From IMG/VR virus record IMGVR_UViG_3300043959_000228: a DNA stretch of 64,000 nucleotides; one strand, written 5' to 3'. Shown in pieces: positions 20,129 to 30,347 of the stretch. The translations under genes were made by a program, and so were the position numbers. How positions within the stretch are numbered: the stretch's first letter is position 1; each line of letters starts with the position of its first letter. The stretch is from a virus (Duplodnaviria; Caudoviricetes). The notes under the pieces were generated by a model. That model made no database searches and was not told the origin of the DNA. It was given only the letters and a program-made list of their open reading frames with translations.

Positions 20129-20575
20129 TTATGCAACGATACTCTTCATGAAGTTGTCATACTGGCGTTCATTATGAACAGTTACGGGATCAAATTTGAA
20201 CATACGTTGTTCTTCCTGCTCATTCCTCACTAAGATAGCTCCAACAGTATGATCAAATTCTATTTGCATCGTTTTTAACGGTGTGCGAACATAAACATCG
20301 ATAATGCCGTCATGAAGCATTAAGGTATCGTGTTCTACTACGTCGACATGATGTTGTAATCTCTCGATCATAAGATTTGCTCTATCTTCAAGAGGCCATG
20401 ACGAAAGGTCTTCTGTTGATAGGACGTCTTCCTTCGCTTCGGGTATCGATGTGTCCTCTGTGTCGACATGGTGTGACGGAACCTGTAAATCTTGATTGAC
20501 TTCAGATGATTCGTCCGTAACGATATTCGCATCGTCTTCGATTGTGTCTTGTCTTTTCTTAAACCAGAATGCCAT
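20129..20575 (-). CDS. hypothetical protein
   Basis: 148 aa ORF with a leaderless start 7 nt after GATATCG. Confidence 0.7.
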   Translation of the reverse strand: MAFWFKKRQDTIEDDANIVTDESSEVNQDLQVPSHHVDTEDTSIPEAKEDVLSTEDLSSWPLEDRANLMIERLQHHVDVVEHDTLMLHDGIIDVYVRTPLKTMQIEFDHTVGAILVRNEQEEQRMFKFDPVTVHNERQYDNFMKSIVA

Positions 20576-20653
20576 GATAATACGATATCAATAGAATAGC
20601 TTTGCGTGAATATCTTCTATACGATATAATAAGTATTACATAGTGAGGAGGTT

Positions 20654-21535
20654 ATGATGGAGAAGACATTAATCGTAGGTGATGTCCATGATAAATGGTC
20701 ATCTATTCTGCCAGAGATTGATACCGTTGTATCTATCCATCGTATCCAGCGCATAGTATTTTTAGGTGATTTGACGAATGAATGGAATATCAGCGCTATT
20801 GACGAGTTTCATGAAATCAAGGCACTTCATGATTGGGTGAAACAGCAGTCAGTGAAAATTGACATTCTCATTGGTAATCATGATGTTTACTACCTATTAG
20901 ACGCACGAGACAATAGTGACGGCGCTGAACACGTCCGTCAATGGTCTCCAGGTCATCATTACGAGCTTAAGGGTGAAATCAAGAGCCTATTAATGAATAT
21001 GGGCGTTCGATTGAAAGCCGCATTAACTCTTACTGTGCATGACGAGGACGTCCTGTTAAGCCATGCTGGTTTTATGAGTAGATGGCTATATGCTCATATG
21101 CCTAATGCTTTTACGGCTAAAGACATTGCTCGTGAGACGAATAGCATGCTTGCTCAAGAGGATTGGCAGGAATTATATACAGGTTTTGGAGATACAAGAA
21201 TGGTTTGCCCGGGACCGTTATGGGCGAGAATTAAAGAGTTGCGGTCAGATGCTGTCACTGGTATACCACAGATTGTTGGGCATACACCCGTGGACACCAT
21301 ATCGTACTTCGAGCCGTTGAATGCTGATCAGCGGGGCCATTGGCCACTTATTTTCTGTGACACATTAAGTCTTTATGGGGATGGTGTCACGCCAATTGGT
21401 GATAAAACAGTTCTTCTCATTAGTGACGATCAGTATTACACGATACCATTAGGTCAACCAGATCAAGTACAGATGTTAGAGCGCAAATCTGACTACCGGT
21501 ATGATGATAGAGGCAAGAAGCATCACGCTCAGTGA
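20654..21535 (+). CDS. calcineurin-like metallophosphoesterase
   Basis: GDVH, FLGD, GNHD, SHAG and GHTP motifs. Confidence 0.9.
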   Translation: MMEKTLIVGDVHDKWSSILPEIDTVVSIHRIQRIVFLGDLTNEWNISAIDEFHEIKALHDWVKQQSVKIDILIGNHDVYYLLDARDNSDGAEHVRQWSPGHHYELKGEIKSLLMNMGVRLKAALTLTVHDEDVLLSHAGFMSRWLYAHMPNAFTAKDIARETNSMLAQEDWQELYTGFGDTRMVCPGPLWARIKELRSDAVTGIPQIVGHTPVDTISYFEPLNADQRGHWPLIFCDTLSLYGDGVTPIGDKTVLLISDDQYYTIPLGQPDQVQMLERKSDYRYDDRGKKHHAQ

Positions 21536-21588
21536 ACGATGAACGATATCTTACCCATATCGTAACAATTTCGATATAGGAGGTCATC

Positions 21589-21897
21589 ATGTTCTCGACT
21601 ATTACATTACTGATCGTATCTGTTTTTCTGTTCATTGTCATATCACCATTACTGTTCTCATCAGTTGAACGGGGTAAGTCAGCGTCATTATTCGCCGTAT
21701 TCATGATTATTGAAGCTGTGCTGTTGGGTATTATCGTCTTCAATGGATTCAAGATCTTCTTAATTGGATTGTCTTTCGTCATATCAATTACTCTGAACGT
21801 AATCATGGCCGTATTGATTATCATTGGCATGATTGCCGCCTATCGTTGGGTTAGAAGAGTAACGAGCAATAGTGATCGTAATCAACAGGAAGATTAA
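21589..21897 (+). CDS. small membrane protein
   Basis: Three hydrophobic segments, AGGAGG RBS, GATATCT at 21545. Confidence 0.7.
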   Translation: MFSTITLLIVSVFLFIVISPLLFSSVERGKSASLFAVFMIIEAVLLGIIVFNGFKIFLIGLSFVISITLNVIMAVLIIIGMIAAYRWVRRVTSNSDRNQQED

Positions 21898-22078
21898 AAA
21901 CTCCTCGCGATTAGGATTTTTTCGTCATTAGGTAGGTACAATAATCATTGTGCAAGTGACTAGTCTTAGATCACTTGACGGTATACTATTATCGATTGAT
22001 TGAGATGGTACGGAGACGCATGGTTATCATGGGTACTCGCTGTAGGTCGAATTGATCCTGATAAAGGAGTAAGTAGCA

Positions 22079-23848
22079 TTGAAGAAGAAAAGAACGACGT
22101 CTATCACGACGGACACTATGTTGTTCTCAGGTGTAGGACTGCCGAAGATTGAGTATGATTTTCATCCATCGTATCCTATTACGGATGTGAAGATACCTTA
22201 TGCCATCGATGAGCCTTATGACGCTGATCATGGTTTGAGGAAATATGACGCTGAGGCCGATGAAGCGATGCGCGAGAGCATGAAGCAATTCGGGTTCATT
22301 GATCCTATCGTCATTACCGAGGATGGATCAATCATTCATGGTGTCCATCGACTTCTTGTGGCCATGGATCTGCAACAGGCGAAGGTGCCTGTTCTTATTA
22401 TTAAGAATTGGTATAAGACCCGTGATGAAACGCAATTCTATAACATCATTGCTAATAAGTTGAATGATTGGTCAACATGGCTAGCTCCGAATGTCGATAA
22501 AATTCTGAGATCAGTTGACGGTGGCGTTAAGAACACGGTTATCAGAGGTGACGATGGCACATTCATTGTCGTGCCTGATGAAGCTGGTGAATATCGCGAT
22601 CTAGCGAAGAAATTAGGTCTCTTCGTTGATGTCATTCCCCATCAATTGTGCGCATCAACTGTTGATCTCTTGTTACTGGCTAAGATGCGTATTAAGACGT
22701 TAGGTCGTAGGTATCAGTATAACGATGAACAGATTCTGTATATTGAGACTCTTAGGGATCAGATTGATACGTATCGGAGAAAGGCAGTTGACGCTGGTCT
22801 TGATAAGACGTCTAATCTTAAGCAGAAACTCGATCAAATGAATATCTGGGATACGAATAATATGAATGATGGTATTGCCGTCGCGCGTATCGTCTTCCTA
22901 CACTCTATTGGTCTTCCTAATGAGCAGATCGCTGCTGAGGTTGGCGTTCCTGTTGATAATAAGGCTGACCGTGAGAAGGCCCGCGAAGCGAATATTAGTG
23001 CATTCATGGAGCAGGTCACCGTTGAAAACGCGATTATGAGATCGTCTAAACGACCGTTCGATCCTTTGCAATCATATGGTTACTGGATTAAGGAAACGTT
23101 AGTGTCTCGTCATGATGTTATGAAGGATCCTGAGGTAGAGGAAGCATTCCATCAGCTAGAATCCTTCAGAGTGTCAGCAGATCAAGTGGCTAACGAGGAT
23201 GGATTGATGCCTCCTTCAACCCGATTGGATCTGTCATCACCTGAGGCTAACGATCTTTTCCATAAGACCGTGGATTTGATTACGAAGAAGATATCGCGTA
23301 ACGATCAGGATGATCTTCCTCAGGCTGTTATTGAGGACTGGGTGAAATGGCCGGAGAAATTGAAGTTCTATGCTAACGAGTGCTTCAGAAACGTGATTGC
23401 TGTGGATAAGAAAGTTCATCCTAAGATTGCTAAGGTTAAGACACCTATGGATGTTAAGACTACACGTCAGACAACTGACAAGGCTTGCTCTAAACTGGAG
23501 TGGAATGAAATTCGCTACCTCGATGCTGTTTGTGATGGATCTATTGAGGAACCAGCCATTGATCTGAATTACGATTTGATTGCTGACCGTAAGGATCTGA
23601 GTGACGATGAGGCCTTAGCCCTGGTCGCCGCTGACGCTAATGCTCGTAGGGATCAGGAGATTGCTCAGTTACGGAAGACTATTGATCGTGAATCAAGCAA
23701 GATCTACGATTCGATGGTTGCTCGTGATTTTAACCAGATTCTCATTGATATTAGGGGTAAGTATAAGAAGGGTCCGTTGAATCTCTTCTCTACCGGACCT
23801 AATCGTGATGGGGACATGAGTGCAGATCCCGCATTGGATAAGAGGTGA
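22079..23848 (+). CDS. ParB/Srx N-terminal domain protein with a large unknown C-terminal region
   Basis: SMKQFGFIDPIVI..DGSIIHGVHRL..A..L...VPV..NKLN; TTG start with AAGGAG. Confidence 0.8.
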   Translation: MKKKRTTSITTDTMLFSGVGLPKIEYDFHPSYPITDVKIPYAIDEPYDADHGLRKYDAEADEAMRESMKQFGFIDPIVITEDGSIIHGVHRLLVAMDLQQAKVPVLIIKNWYKTRDETQFYNIIANKLNDWSTWLAPNVDKILRSVDGGVKNTVIRGDDGTFIVVPDEAGEYRDLAKKLGLFVDVIPHQLCASTVDLLLLAKMRIKTLGRRYQYNDEQILYIETLRDQIDTYRRKAVDAGLDKTSNLKQKLDQMNIWDTNNMNDGIAVARIVFLHSIGLPNEQIAAEVGVPVDNKADREKAREANISAFMEQVTVENAIMRSSKRPFDPLQSYGYWIKETLVSRHDVMKDPEVEEAFHQLESFRVSADQVANEDGLMPPSTRLDLSSPEANDLFHKTVDLITKKISRNDQDDLPQAVIEDWVKWPEKLKFYANECFRNVIAVDKKVHPKIAKVKTPMDVKTTRQTTDKACSKLEWNEIRYLDAVCDGSIEEPAIDLNYDLIADRKDLSDDEALALVAADANARRDQEIAQLRKTIDRESSKIYDSMVARDFNQILIDIRGKYKKGPLNLFSTGPNRDGDMSADPALDKR

Positions 23849-23852
23849 ACTG

Positions 23853-25025
23853 ATGAGCCCAGTATTTATTCCGAGTAAGGGTCGTGCATCTAATTGCAAT
23901 ACCCATCGTAACTTAGAAGCCTTCGATATGCATAATTGGGTGTATATCGTAGAGCCAGATGATTATTGGTCGTATATTCATCGTCTCCGTGATGATGGTG
24001 TCTACATGCCGGAGACGCATGTCTTCGCTTTCGATGTGGACAGGTTCAAGAGTCCTCGAAGTAAGAATCATCCTGATGGATTCGATTATTGTGACGATCT
24101 AGGATGGCGTCCAGGATTGACTACTGGACCTGGACCTGCACGTAATGCTCTGCATCAGCTAGCCATTGATATGGGTATTAAAACCTACTGGATGATGGAT
24201 GACGACATCGTATCATTCTCTATTGACGCCTTCTACTTCCAGAAGAACATTTGGACGAAGGATCTTGCTAATGGTGGCGTGAAGGAACGTCGTATGAGTC
24301 TTGTCGACATTTTCGATTTATATGAACGCTTCTTGGATAAATTTGATAACATTGGACTCGCTGAAATTGATAAGCAGGGATTGGTTCAGAATCATAGGAA
24401 GAACAGTCACTTCTCAGTGAACTGTAAGACCTATACGTGCATCAGATTCAGAACTGATGGCCCAAAGATTCCATGGCGTTCAAGATTTAATGATGACGTG
24501 ATGATCTCACTTGATTATGAGAAGAGAGGATTCGTGAACGTATCGAGCAAGATTCTCTCCTATCAGACACCAGACACACAGAAGCAGGCTGGAGGCATGA
24601 CTGAGGCCTTCCATCAGGAGGGAACGCTACGTAAGGTGAAGTATCTTGTCAAGCAGTATCCAGAGACGACGTTTGCTATTCTGAAATTCGGTAGGATTCA
24701 TCATTTTGTTGATTATTCAAAGTTCAGGCAGAGTCTTGTCAAGAAACTTGGACCCGAGACGATTGAGGACATCATGTCTCTATCGTTTGATCCTGATGGA
24801 TCGTTCCTGCCATATATGGAGGGCGTCACCAGCCAGGCTGATCTTGATGAACATTGGAGAAATATTGATGATGCTCTAATGAGACAATACATTCAGGATC
24901 AACAGGATGCAGGATTCCACTTCGGAGAGGGTAATAGGACGATCATGCGTAAGGAACTGTTAGATGACCCTGAGGCCAACGTCAAACAAGACGATGTCGT
25001 ATCTCAGGACGACGTCGAGTTTTAA
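23853..25025 (+). CDS. GT-A fold glycosyltransferase, phage GREB1/TET-associated (TAGT)-like
   Basis: PVFIPSKGRA, IVEP, GPGPARN, YWMMDDD, WRSRFNDD, TQKQAGGMT and KFGRIHHFVDY motifs. Confidence 0.75.
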   Translation: MSPVFIPSKGRASNCNTHRNLEAFDMHNWVYIVEPDDYWSYIHRLRDDGVYMPETHVFAFDVDRFKSPRSKNHPDGFDYCDDLGWRPGLTTGPGPARNALHQLAIDMGIKTYWMMDDDIVSFSIDAFYFQKNIWTKDLANGGVKERRMSLVDIFDLYERFLDKFDNIGLAEIDKQGLVQNHRKNSHFSVNCKTYTCIRFRTDGPKIPWRSRFNDDVMISLDYEKRGFVNVSSKILSYQTPDTQKQAGGMTEAFHQEGTLRKVKYLVKQYPETTFAILKFGRIHHFVDYSKFRQSLVKKLGPETIEDIMSLSFDPDGSFLPYMEGVTSQADLDEHWRNIDDALMRQYIQDQQDAGFHFGEGNRTIMRKELLDDPEANVKQDDVVSQDDVEF

Positions 25026-25037
25026 GGAGGACGATTC

Positions 25038-25916
25038 ATGTCAAAATCATCGTCAAAGAAATCATCACCAAAAGATGATGTGGCCATATCAGGTTATGCT
25101 GACATATCCTCGAAGGAGGCTAAACAGCAGACCATCATCGGTATCATTGTGGTTATACTGATTGTGGCCATTGTTGGAGGCATTGTCGCTTGGAGGGTAA
25201 TAGCCAGTCACAATGCGTCATCGAGTACTGAGCAAGCGCTCGTCACAGCACAGAAGAACATCACGTCATCAACAGCCGTCAAGCCATCAAATTGGATAGC
25301 TAAGGATGGCGCTATCGTTTTCAATAAGAATGGTATTGTTGAGCATCCTGATACTGCTCTCACTGATAGTGAAAAGAAGATGAAACAGGTAGATGTGTAT
25401 CTCGATTTGAACTGTCCTGGATGTGGCGCTGTTGATCGTAGTCTGAATATGTATTATCAGCAGTACTTATCTTCTGGGAAAATCATTCTGCGGATGCATC
25501 CAATTGCTTTCCTCGATGCTACAAGTATGGGTGATCATTACTCCACTAGATCTGCTAATAGTGTGTATAGGCTATTGGATATTGACCCATCAGCCGTGTA
25601 TTCGTATGTCACCTATCTGTTCTCAGATGGCGTACAGCCAGGTGAGGGTAGCGATTATAAGAAATTCACTGACGAGATGCTTATATCAGCAGCTAGGAAA
25701 GTTGGCGTGACATCAGATAAAGTGTCTGAGTTAACTGATAAGAAATACGCGACGTATGTAAAGAACGTCACATTATCAGTGGTGAATAATACTGATTTAT
25801 GGAGACCTAATGCTCAGCAGTTCTCAACGCCTGTTGTCACTATTGATGGTAAACAGTTAACCTTTGATACCAGTGGCGCATTCGTTAAGCAATTCACCAC
25901 TGCGATTGTTGGCTAA
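25038..25916 (+). CDS. membrane-anchored DsbA/thioredoxin-fold oxidoreductase
   Basis: N-terminal TM, DLNCPGC, HPIAFLD..YSTRSAN and the STP cis-Pro motif. Confidence 0.85.
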   Translation: MSKSSSKKSSPKDDVAISGYADISSKEAKQQTIIGIIVVILIVAIVGGIVAWRVIASHNASSSTEQALVTAQKNITSSTAVKPSNWIAKDGAIVFNKNGIVEHPDTALTDSEKKMKQVDVYLDLNCPGCGAVDRSLNMYYQQYLSSGKIILRMHPIAFLDATSMGDHYSTRSANSVYRLLDIDPSAVYSYVTYLFSDGVQPGEGSDYKKFTDEMLISAARKVGVTSDKVSELTDKKYATYVKNVTLSVVNNTDLWRPNAQQFSTPVVTIDGKQLTFDTSGAFVKQFTTAIVG

Positions 25917-26000
25917 ACGCATAAGGTCGTTAATCTCCTTGTCCTCTAACACGTTATATTGTACTTGTCTAACGTTGTTATCAGTACAAGGAGATTTATT

Positions 26001-27284
26001 ATGGCCGGATTCCATATCACCGCTAACGGCGACGTGAAAAAGTGCACTGCCGAGAAGAGAGCATGCCCGTTACGAAAGTCAAATGGTGATCCTGTTCCCC
26101 ATTATGCTACGGCTGAACAGGCCTATGAGGCGTTATATGCTAAGAAGAGCCTATCCTTAAATGAATCTTTGAAATATGAGGAGAAATACGCTGATTGGGC
26201 GGATAAGGATCAGGACATCGAGAAAATTATCAATAACGCCTTCACCGGTAAGAAATGGATTAAGGCTAAAATTGGTAGTGAGTCAATCACCCTACCAGTA
26301 AAAAGCATCCGACAGTCAAGTAAGAGTAAGAACATCACTGATGCTCTACGTCGTGATTTCGACGCTACCATGGCCGCGCAGAAGGCCTTACCATCAACAA
26401 CTAGGATGGCTACTCAATACGCATCATTATCATCCTTAGAGGGTGATATCAAAATCCTTAAAGCAAGAGCATCAGAGGACGCTATATCAAATGTCATGTA
26501 TGTAAACGCGGCTAATGATGGAGCCTTCCATGTGCAGACATCAGCATCAATTGATAAGGAACGCTTACTCTCCGATCTTGACGCTAAGCAGGTTGACGGT
26601 AAGGATCGAGAAGCGCTGTATACTACTAGTGATAAGGGCTACTCAGTGTCGAAGGTGAAGGCCGCGTTTAACGCCATCATGGCCGAGAAAATACCAAAGG
26701 GATCTAAGGGTGCGCCTGCCGCTAGGAAAGCCGCATGGGATCAAAGCGGATTAGCTCATGAGAACATATCGTACGTGCCAGATCCTAAGATGTACACAGA
26801 CGTGATGGCATCTAATCCAGAGGCCGTGATTGCACCAAGATTCTCCGATGGGCAAGTAGATTCAATGTCCGGATCAACTGTAAGAGCAACCCTATGTGAG
26901 CTTGGCGTTCAACATCAGGCTCTGAAGGACGCTGTTACGAATGATGAGGAACGATTACGTCGTGAAAGCATGAAGACATCGAATAATCCAACAGCTGCGT
27001 TTAAGAATCTCGCCGATCAACCGTCAGGTCACCTTAAATTCAAGGCTTCGAAGAGCACAGTATTAAACGATAAGGCCATTGATGACTTCGCGGCAGCCTA
27101 TGGATTATCGAAGAAGGATCTAAGGAACACGAATCATAATATGAGTGTGGATAATTTGAAACGATTCTCCGATGCTCATGGCATGAGCGCATATCGATAT
27201 CTCAAGCCACGTAAATCTGTGAGTTTCCGTGATATGTCTGATCAGAAGAGTTACGATCAACATAACGTGGTTGCGAGGGGATAA
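26001..27284 (+). CDS. hypothetical protein with N-terminal His/Cys motif
   Basis: AAGGAG RBS places the start at 26001 (MAGFHITANGDVKKCTAEKRACP...H). Confidence 0.75.
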   Translation: MAGFHITANGDVKKCTAEKRACPLRKSNGDPVPHYATAEQAYEALYAKKSLSLNESLKYEEKYADWADKDQDIEKIINNAFTGKKWIKAKIGSESITLPVKSIRQSSKSKNITDALRRDFDATMAAQKALPSTTRMATQYASLSSLEGDIKILKARASEDAISNVMYVNAANDGAFHVQTSASIDKERLLSDLDAKQVDGKDREALYTTSDKGYSVSKVKAAFNAIMAEKIPKGSKGAPAARKAAWDQSGLAHENISYVPDPKMYTDVMASNPEAVIAPRFSDGQVDSMSGSTVRATLCELGVQHQALKDAVTNDEERLRRESMKTSNNPTAAFKNLADQPSGHLKFKASKSTVLNDKAIDDFAAAYGLSKKDLRNTNHNMSVDNLKRFSDAHGMSAYRYLKPRKSVSFRDMSDQKSYDQHNVVARG

Positions 27285-27386
27285 CGTTCTTTTGTCGTAT
27301 GATTGGGTTGTCTGATATATTTGAGGCAACCCAATTTTTATGATATAATAATAATTGTATGATGATTGAATCATGGAGGAATGAGT

Positions 27387-27680
27387 ATGAGCAATACTAC
27401 GTCGAATAATACTAATACCGTTGATTTTGTGAGCTGGTGGATTAACGATAATCCACAACGTGACATTAATGAGGACACTTGTATCGTTCTTCAAGCCATG
27501 ATCGGCGATGAGATCAATTACGATTTGGGTCCATACGCCATTGAGTTTACCTCACCAGATAGCATGCGCTTCTTTTATGCTAACGGTTTAGATCAGATTG
27601 TCCGTCATTTAGAGGACACTCACGAGGGCGTGAGATTCGAGACCGTATCACTCAGTGATTATACAGATGACGACGAGTGA
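27387..27680 (+). CDS. small acidic hypothetical protein
   Basis: GGAGG RBS and TGATATAAT upstream. Confidence 0.6.
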   Translation: MSNTTSNNTNTVDFVSWWINDNPQRDINEDTCIVLQAMIGDEINYDLGPYAIEFTSPDSMRFFYANGLDQIVRHLEDTHEGVRFETVSLSDYTDDDE

Positions 27681-27703
27681 CGATCGACAATTTTATGATC
27701 TCT

Positions 27704-27836
27704 TAGATCTCGTGTCTAATCCTGCTTCTAGTCTCGTCTAGTATAACGTATCATCTGAGGGCTTTTACGGCCAGCACCAATCTTAATAGGCTCAGAACAT
27801 GAGTAAAGAGTCATGTTCTGAGCCTAACTAGATCTA
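27704..27836 (-). repeat. 133-bp dispersed element, copy 2
   Basis: Reverse-complement match to 15224..15356. Confidence 0.9.
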
Positions 27837-27884
27837 AGCACTACTTATATCTTCCTCAATGTTGAGGATTCATAGGTCGTTCAC

Positions 27885-28613
27885 TTATTCTATCTTTCGT
27901 AGTAAAATCTGATTATCAGATTGCTTGGCAATACGCGGAGAGTGGGTCACGATGATGACGCTTTTCTCGTCATCGTGAGCCAGACTGGTAAAAATATCCA
28001 TAATATCCTGTTCGGTTTGACTATCGAGATTTCCCGTTGGCTCATCAGCTATGATAACTGATGGATCATAACTCAACGCTCGCGCTATGGCTACTCGTTG
28101 TTGCTCTCCTCCTGATAGATGTAATACTGGCTTAGATGCGTACGATATTGGTAGCTTAACCTTATCGAGGAGTTCGTCAATGACATCGTCTTTTGACTTT
28201 ACATATCGTTTACCCGATGCATCCATAGACAATCTAATATTATCAGATACGTTAAATTGAGGGAGAAGATTGAAGGATTGGAATATAACGCCCGCGTCCT
28301 GACTTCGATAATCGTACGTGTTCATGGTCAATAAGTCAGTTCCCTTGTAGATGACGCGACCATCGGTTGGTCTAGTTAACCCAGCTAATAAGGATAATAG
28401 CGTGGTCTTACCAGCTCCTGATGGCCCTACGATGGTATGTGTCATCATCGGTGCAAATTCAGCATTAAACTGGTCAATCACCTTTCCAGATCGCTTATCA
28501 TATTGATAGGACACATGATCTAATTGTAATGTAGGCGGCATACTCTTCCTCATTGCTTCTGGTAATTCACTAATTCTTCTAGTATTTGATACGATAAAAT
28601 CCATATCAATCAA
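27885..28613 (-). CDS. ABC transporter ATP-binding protein (LolD/MacB-like)
   Basis: GPSGAGKT, FQSFNL, LSGGEQQRVAIARAL, ADEPTGNLD and VTH motifs. Confidence 0.95.
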   Translation of the reverse strand: MIDMDFIVSNTRRISELPEAMRKSMPPTLQLDHVSYQYDKRSGKVIDQFNAEFAPMMTHTIVGPSGAGKTTLLSLLAGLTRPTDGRVIYKGTDLLTMNTYDYRSQDAGVIFQSFNLLPQFNVSDNIRLSMDASGKRYVKSKDDVIDELLDKVKLPISYASKPVLHLSGGEQQRVAIARALSYDPSVIIADEPTGNLDSQTEQDIMDIFTSLAHDDEKSVIIVTHSPRIAKQSDNQILLRKIE

Positions 28614-30172
28614 CTCCTTTCTGATAGTATTTGCAATGGTTCAAATCTCATGACGAAAATCACTCCGATAAGACCTGATAATAGAGCTAATGCCATGCCA
28701 ACAAGCAGTAACTCTCCCAGAACGGTAAGATTTACTGATGCATCGATGGTTTTCACATATTGATTCGTCTTTTGGGTAGCTGTTTGCATCATAGGACCCT
28801 GCTGGCCAGAGGAAGACCCCGTATTAGCGTTTTGTCCACCAGGAGCTGCATTCTGCGAACGACCTAATTGGGCAGTAGTTGATGTCATTGAGGACACCTG
28901 TGAGGATAATAGTTGATTCGATACTGGTGCAGATGACACCGCGCCAATAACCGCACCTATACCTAAGGCGAACATGGTGACTATCAGTATCTCAATCATA
29001 AATTGCGCAGCTACCTTACCCTTTCTAATACCAATAGCCGTCAAAACACCTACTTCATATTTTCTTTCTCGAATATTGAATAAGGTAAGAACAATTAGGA
29101 TGATTGCTCCCACAGCGAAGATAATCATTAATAACATCACTGAGAATTTGGATAGATTGCGTAATGGCGTCATGCTCGATTCATATTGATCAACATCAGT
29201 TGAGGACACGGTGTAGTCAGTGCTGAGACCAGCGGTTTTCACGTCCTTCTTGAATTGTTGATATCGTGATACATTACTGAAGACGTATGTGTACGATATC
29301 GTTGTTTTTGGTGTTGTCGTGCCATCGGCCTGTGCTAATGTCGATGCATCTAATCCAATTGACGTTAACGTCGTCATACTGGTGTAGATAGCGTTATCTG
29401 CTGATGTCTGATTTCCTGGTCCACCTTGACTTGACGAACTTGTGTTCTTATAGATGCCAACAATAGTGAACGTGTACGAGGTGCTTGATCCATCAATTGG
29501 AGAAGCTACTGTAATAGTATCACCAACGTTCACATTGTTAAATGACGCTAATGTATTACTAATGACGACCTCGTTCTTAGATGTACGAGTAAACATCTTG
29601 CCTGATGTAATCTTATAATTACCAGAATTGGCCTTTGATACGGCCGTGTCATCACTGAAACCGGTAATCGTAAAATCAGTAGCATACGATGATTGCTGAT
29701 CCTGCTGATCCTGCATACCGCCAGGCATGCCCTCAGAACGATTTGATGAATCATTATCAGCATTCTTAGCCGCATTCTCTGATGTAGATTCTACTGGTTG
29801 GAATGACGATGTCTTACCTAGATACGATTGTTCACTGTAATAGGTTGATGATACAGAAGATGATGCTGATGCATATTTTTGATAGTCATTCAGCGTAAGA
29901 TCGTTCTTATCAAGAGCAGAGCGTATATTGTTTTGACGTTCAGTAGTATCTGATGATGTCTTTGCCTTTGACATGAGTTTCGATCTATCTAATGAGATCT
30001 GTCCAGTTATTGTCGTGTTAGCAAGACCTTCATTCAATTTATCGTCAGCCGCGTTCTTAATAGACAGTCCTATGGTGGCCGCTACTGATATGATCATAAT
30101 AATCATCATGATAAGAATATTCCTACCCTTATTCTTGCGAATGGATTTCCAAGCGTTTCGTATGATATACAT
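28610..30172 (-). CDS. ABC transporter permease (MacB/FtsX-like)
   Basis: N-terminal TM, large extracellular domain, RERKYEVGVLTAIG and C-terminal TMs. Confidence 0.9.
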   Translation of the reverse strand: MYIIRNAWKSIRKNKGRNILIMMIIMIISVAATIGLSIKNAADDKLNEGLANTTITGQISLDRSKLMSKAKTSSDTTERQNNIRSALDKNDLTLNDYQKYASASSSVSSTYYSEQSYLGKTSSFQPVESTSENAAKNADNDSSNRSEGMPGGMQDQQDQQSSYATDFTITGFSDDTAVSKANSGNYKITSGKMFTRTSKNEVVISNTLASFNNVNVGDTITVASPIDGSSTSYTFTIVGIYKNTSSSSQGGPGNQTSADNAIYTSMTTLTSIGLDASTLAQADGTTTPKTTISYTYVFSNVSRYQQFKKDVKTAGLSTDYTVSSTDVDQYESSMTPLRNLSKFSVMLLMIIFAVGAIILIVLTLFNIRERKYEVGVLTAIGIRKGKVAAQFMIEILIVTMFALGIGAVIGAVSSAPVSNQLLSSQVSSMTSTTAQLGRSQNAAPGGQNANTGSSSGQQGPMMQTATQKTNQYVKTIDASVNLTVLGELLLVGMALALLSGLIGVIFVMRFEPLQILSERS

Positions 30173-30309
30173 ATGATCCTCCTCCTTACGATGTTCCTAG
30201 AATAAACATATGGATGATATTACAGCCATAAGATTGAGAAGATCCTGACATCTGCATGATGATCACCATAATCTTTTACTATGAGATCCTGCATACACCT
30301 TGACGACCA

Positions 30310-30338
30310 TTGTCTTTTCGCAATAATGGTGATATACT
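30310..30338 (+). promoter_or_regulatory. tmRNA promoter
   Basis: TTGTCT-17-TATACT directly upstream of the tmRNA. Confidence 0.7.
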
Positions 30339-30347
30339 TAGTCATAT

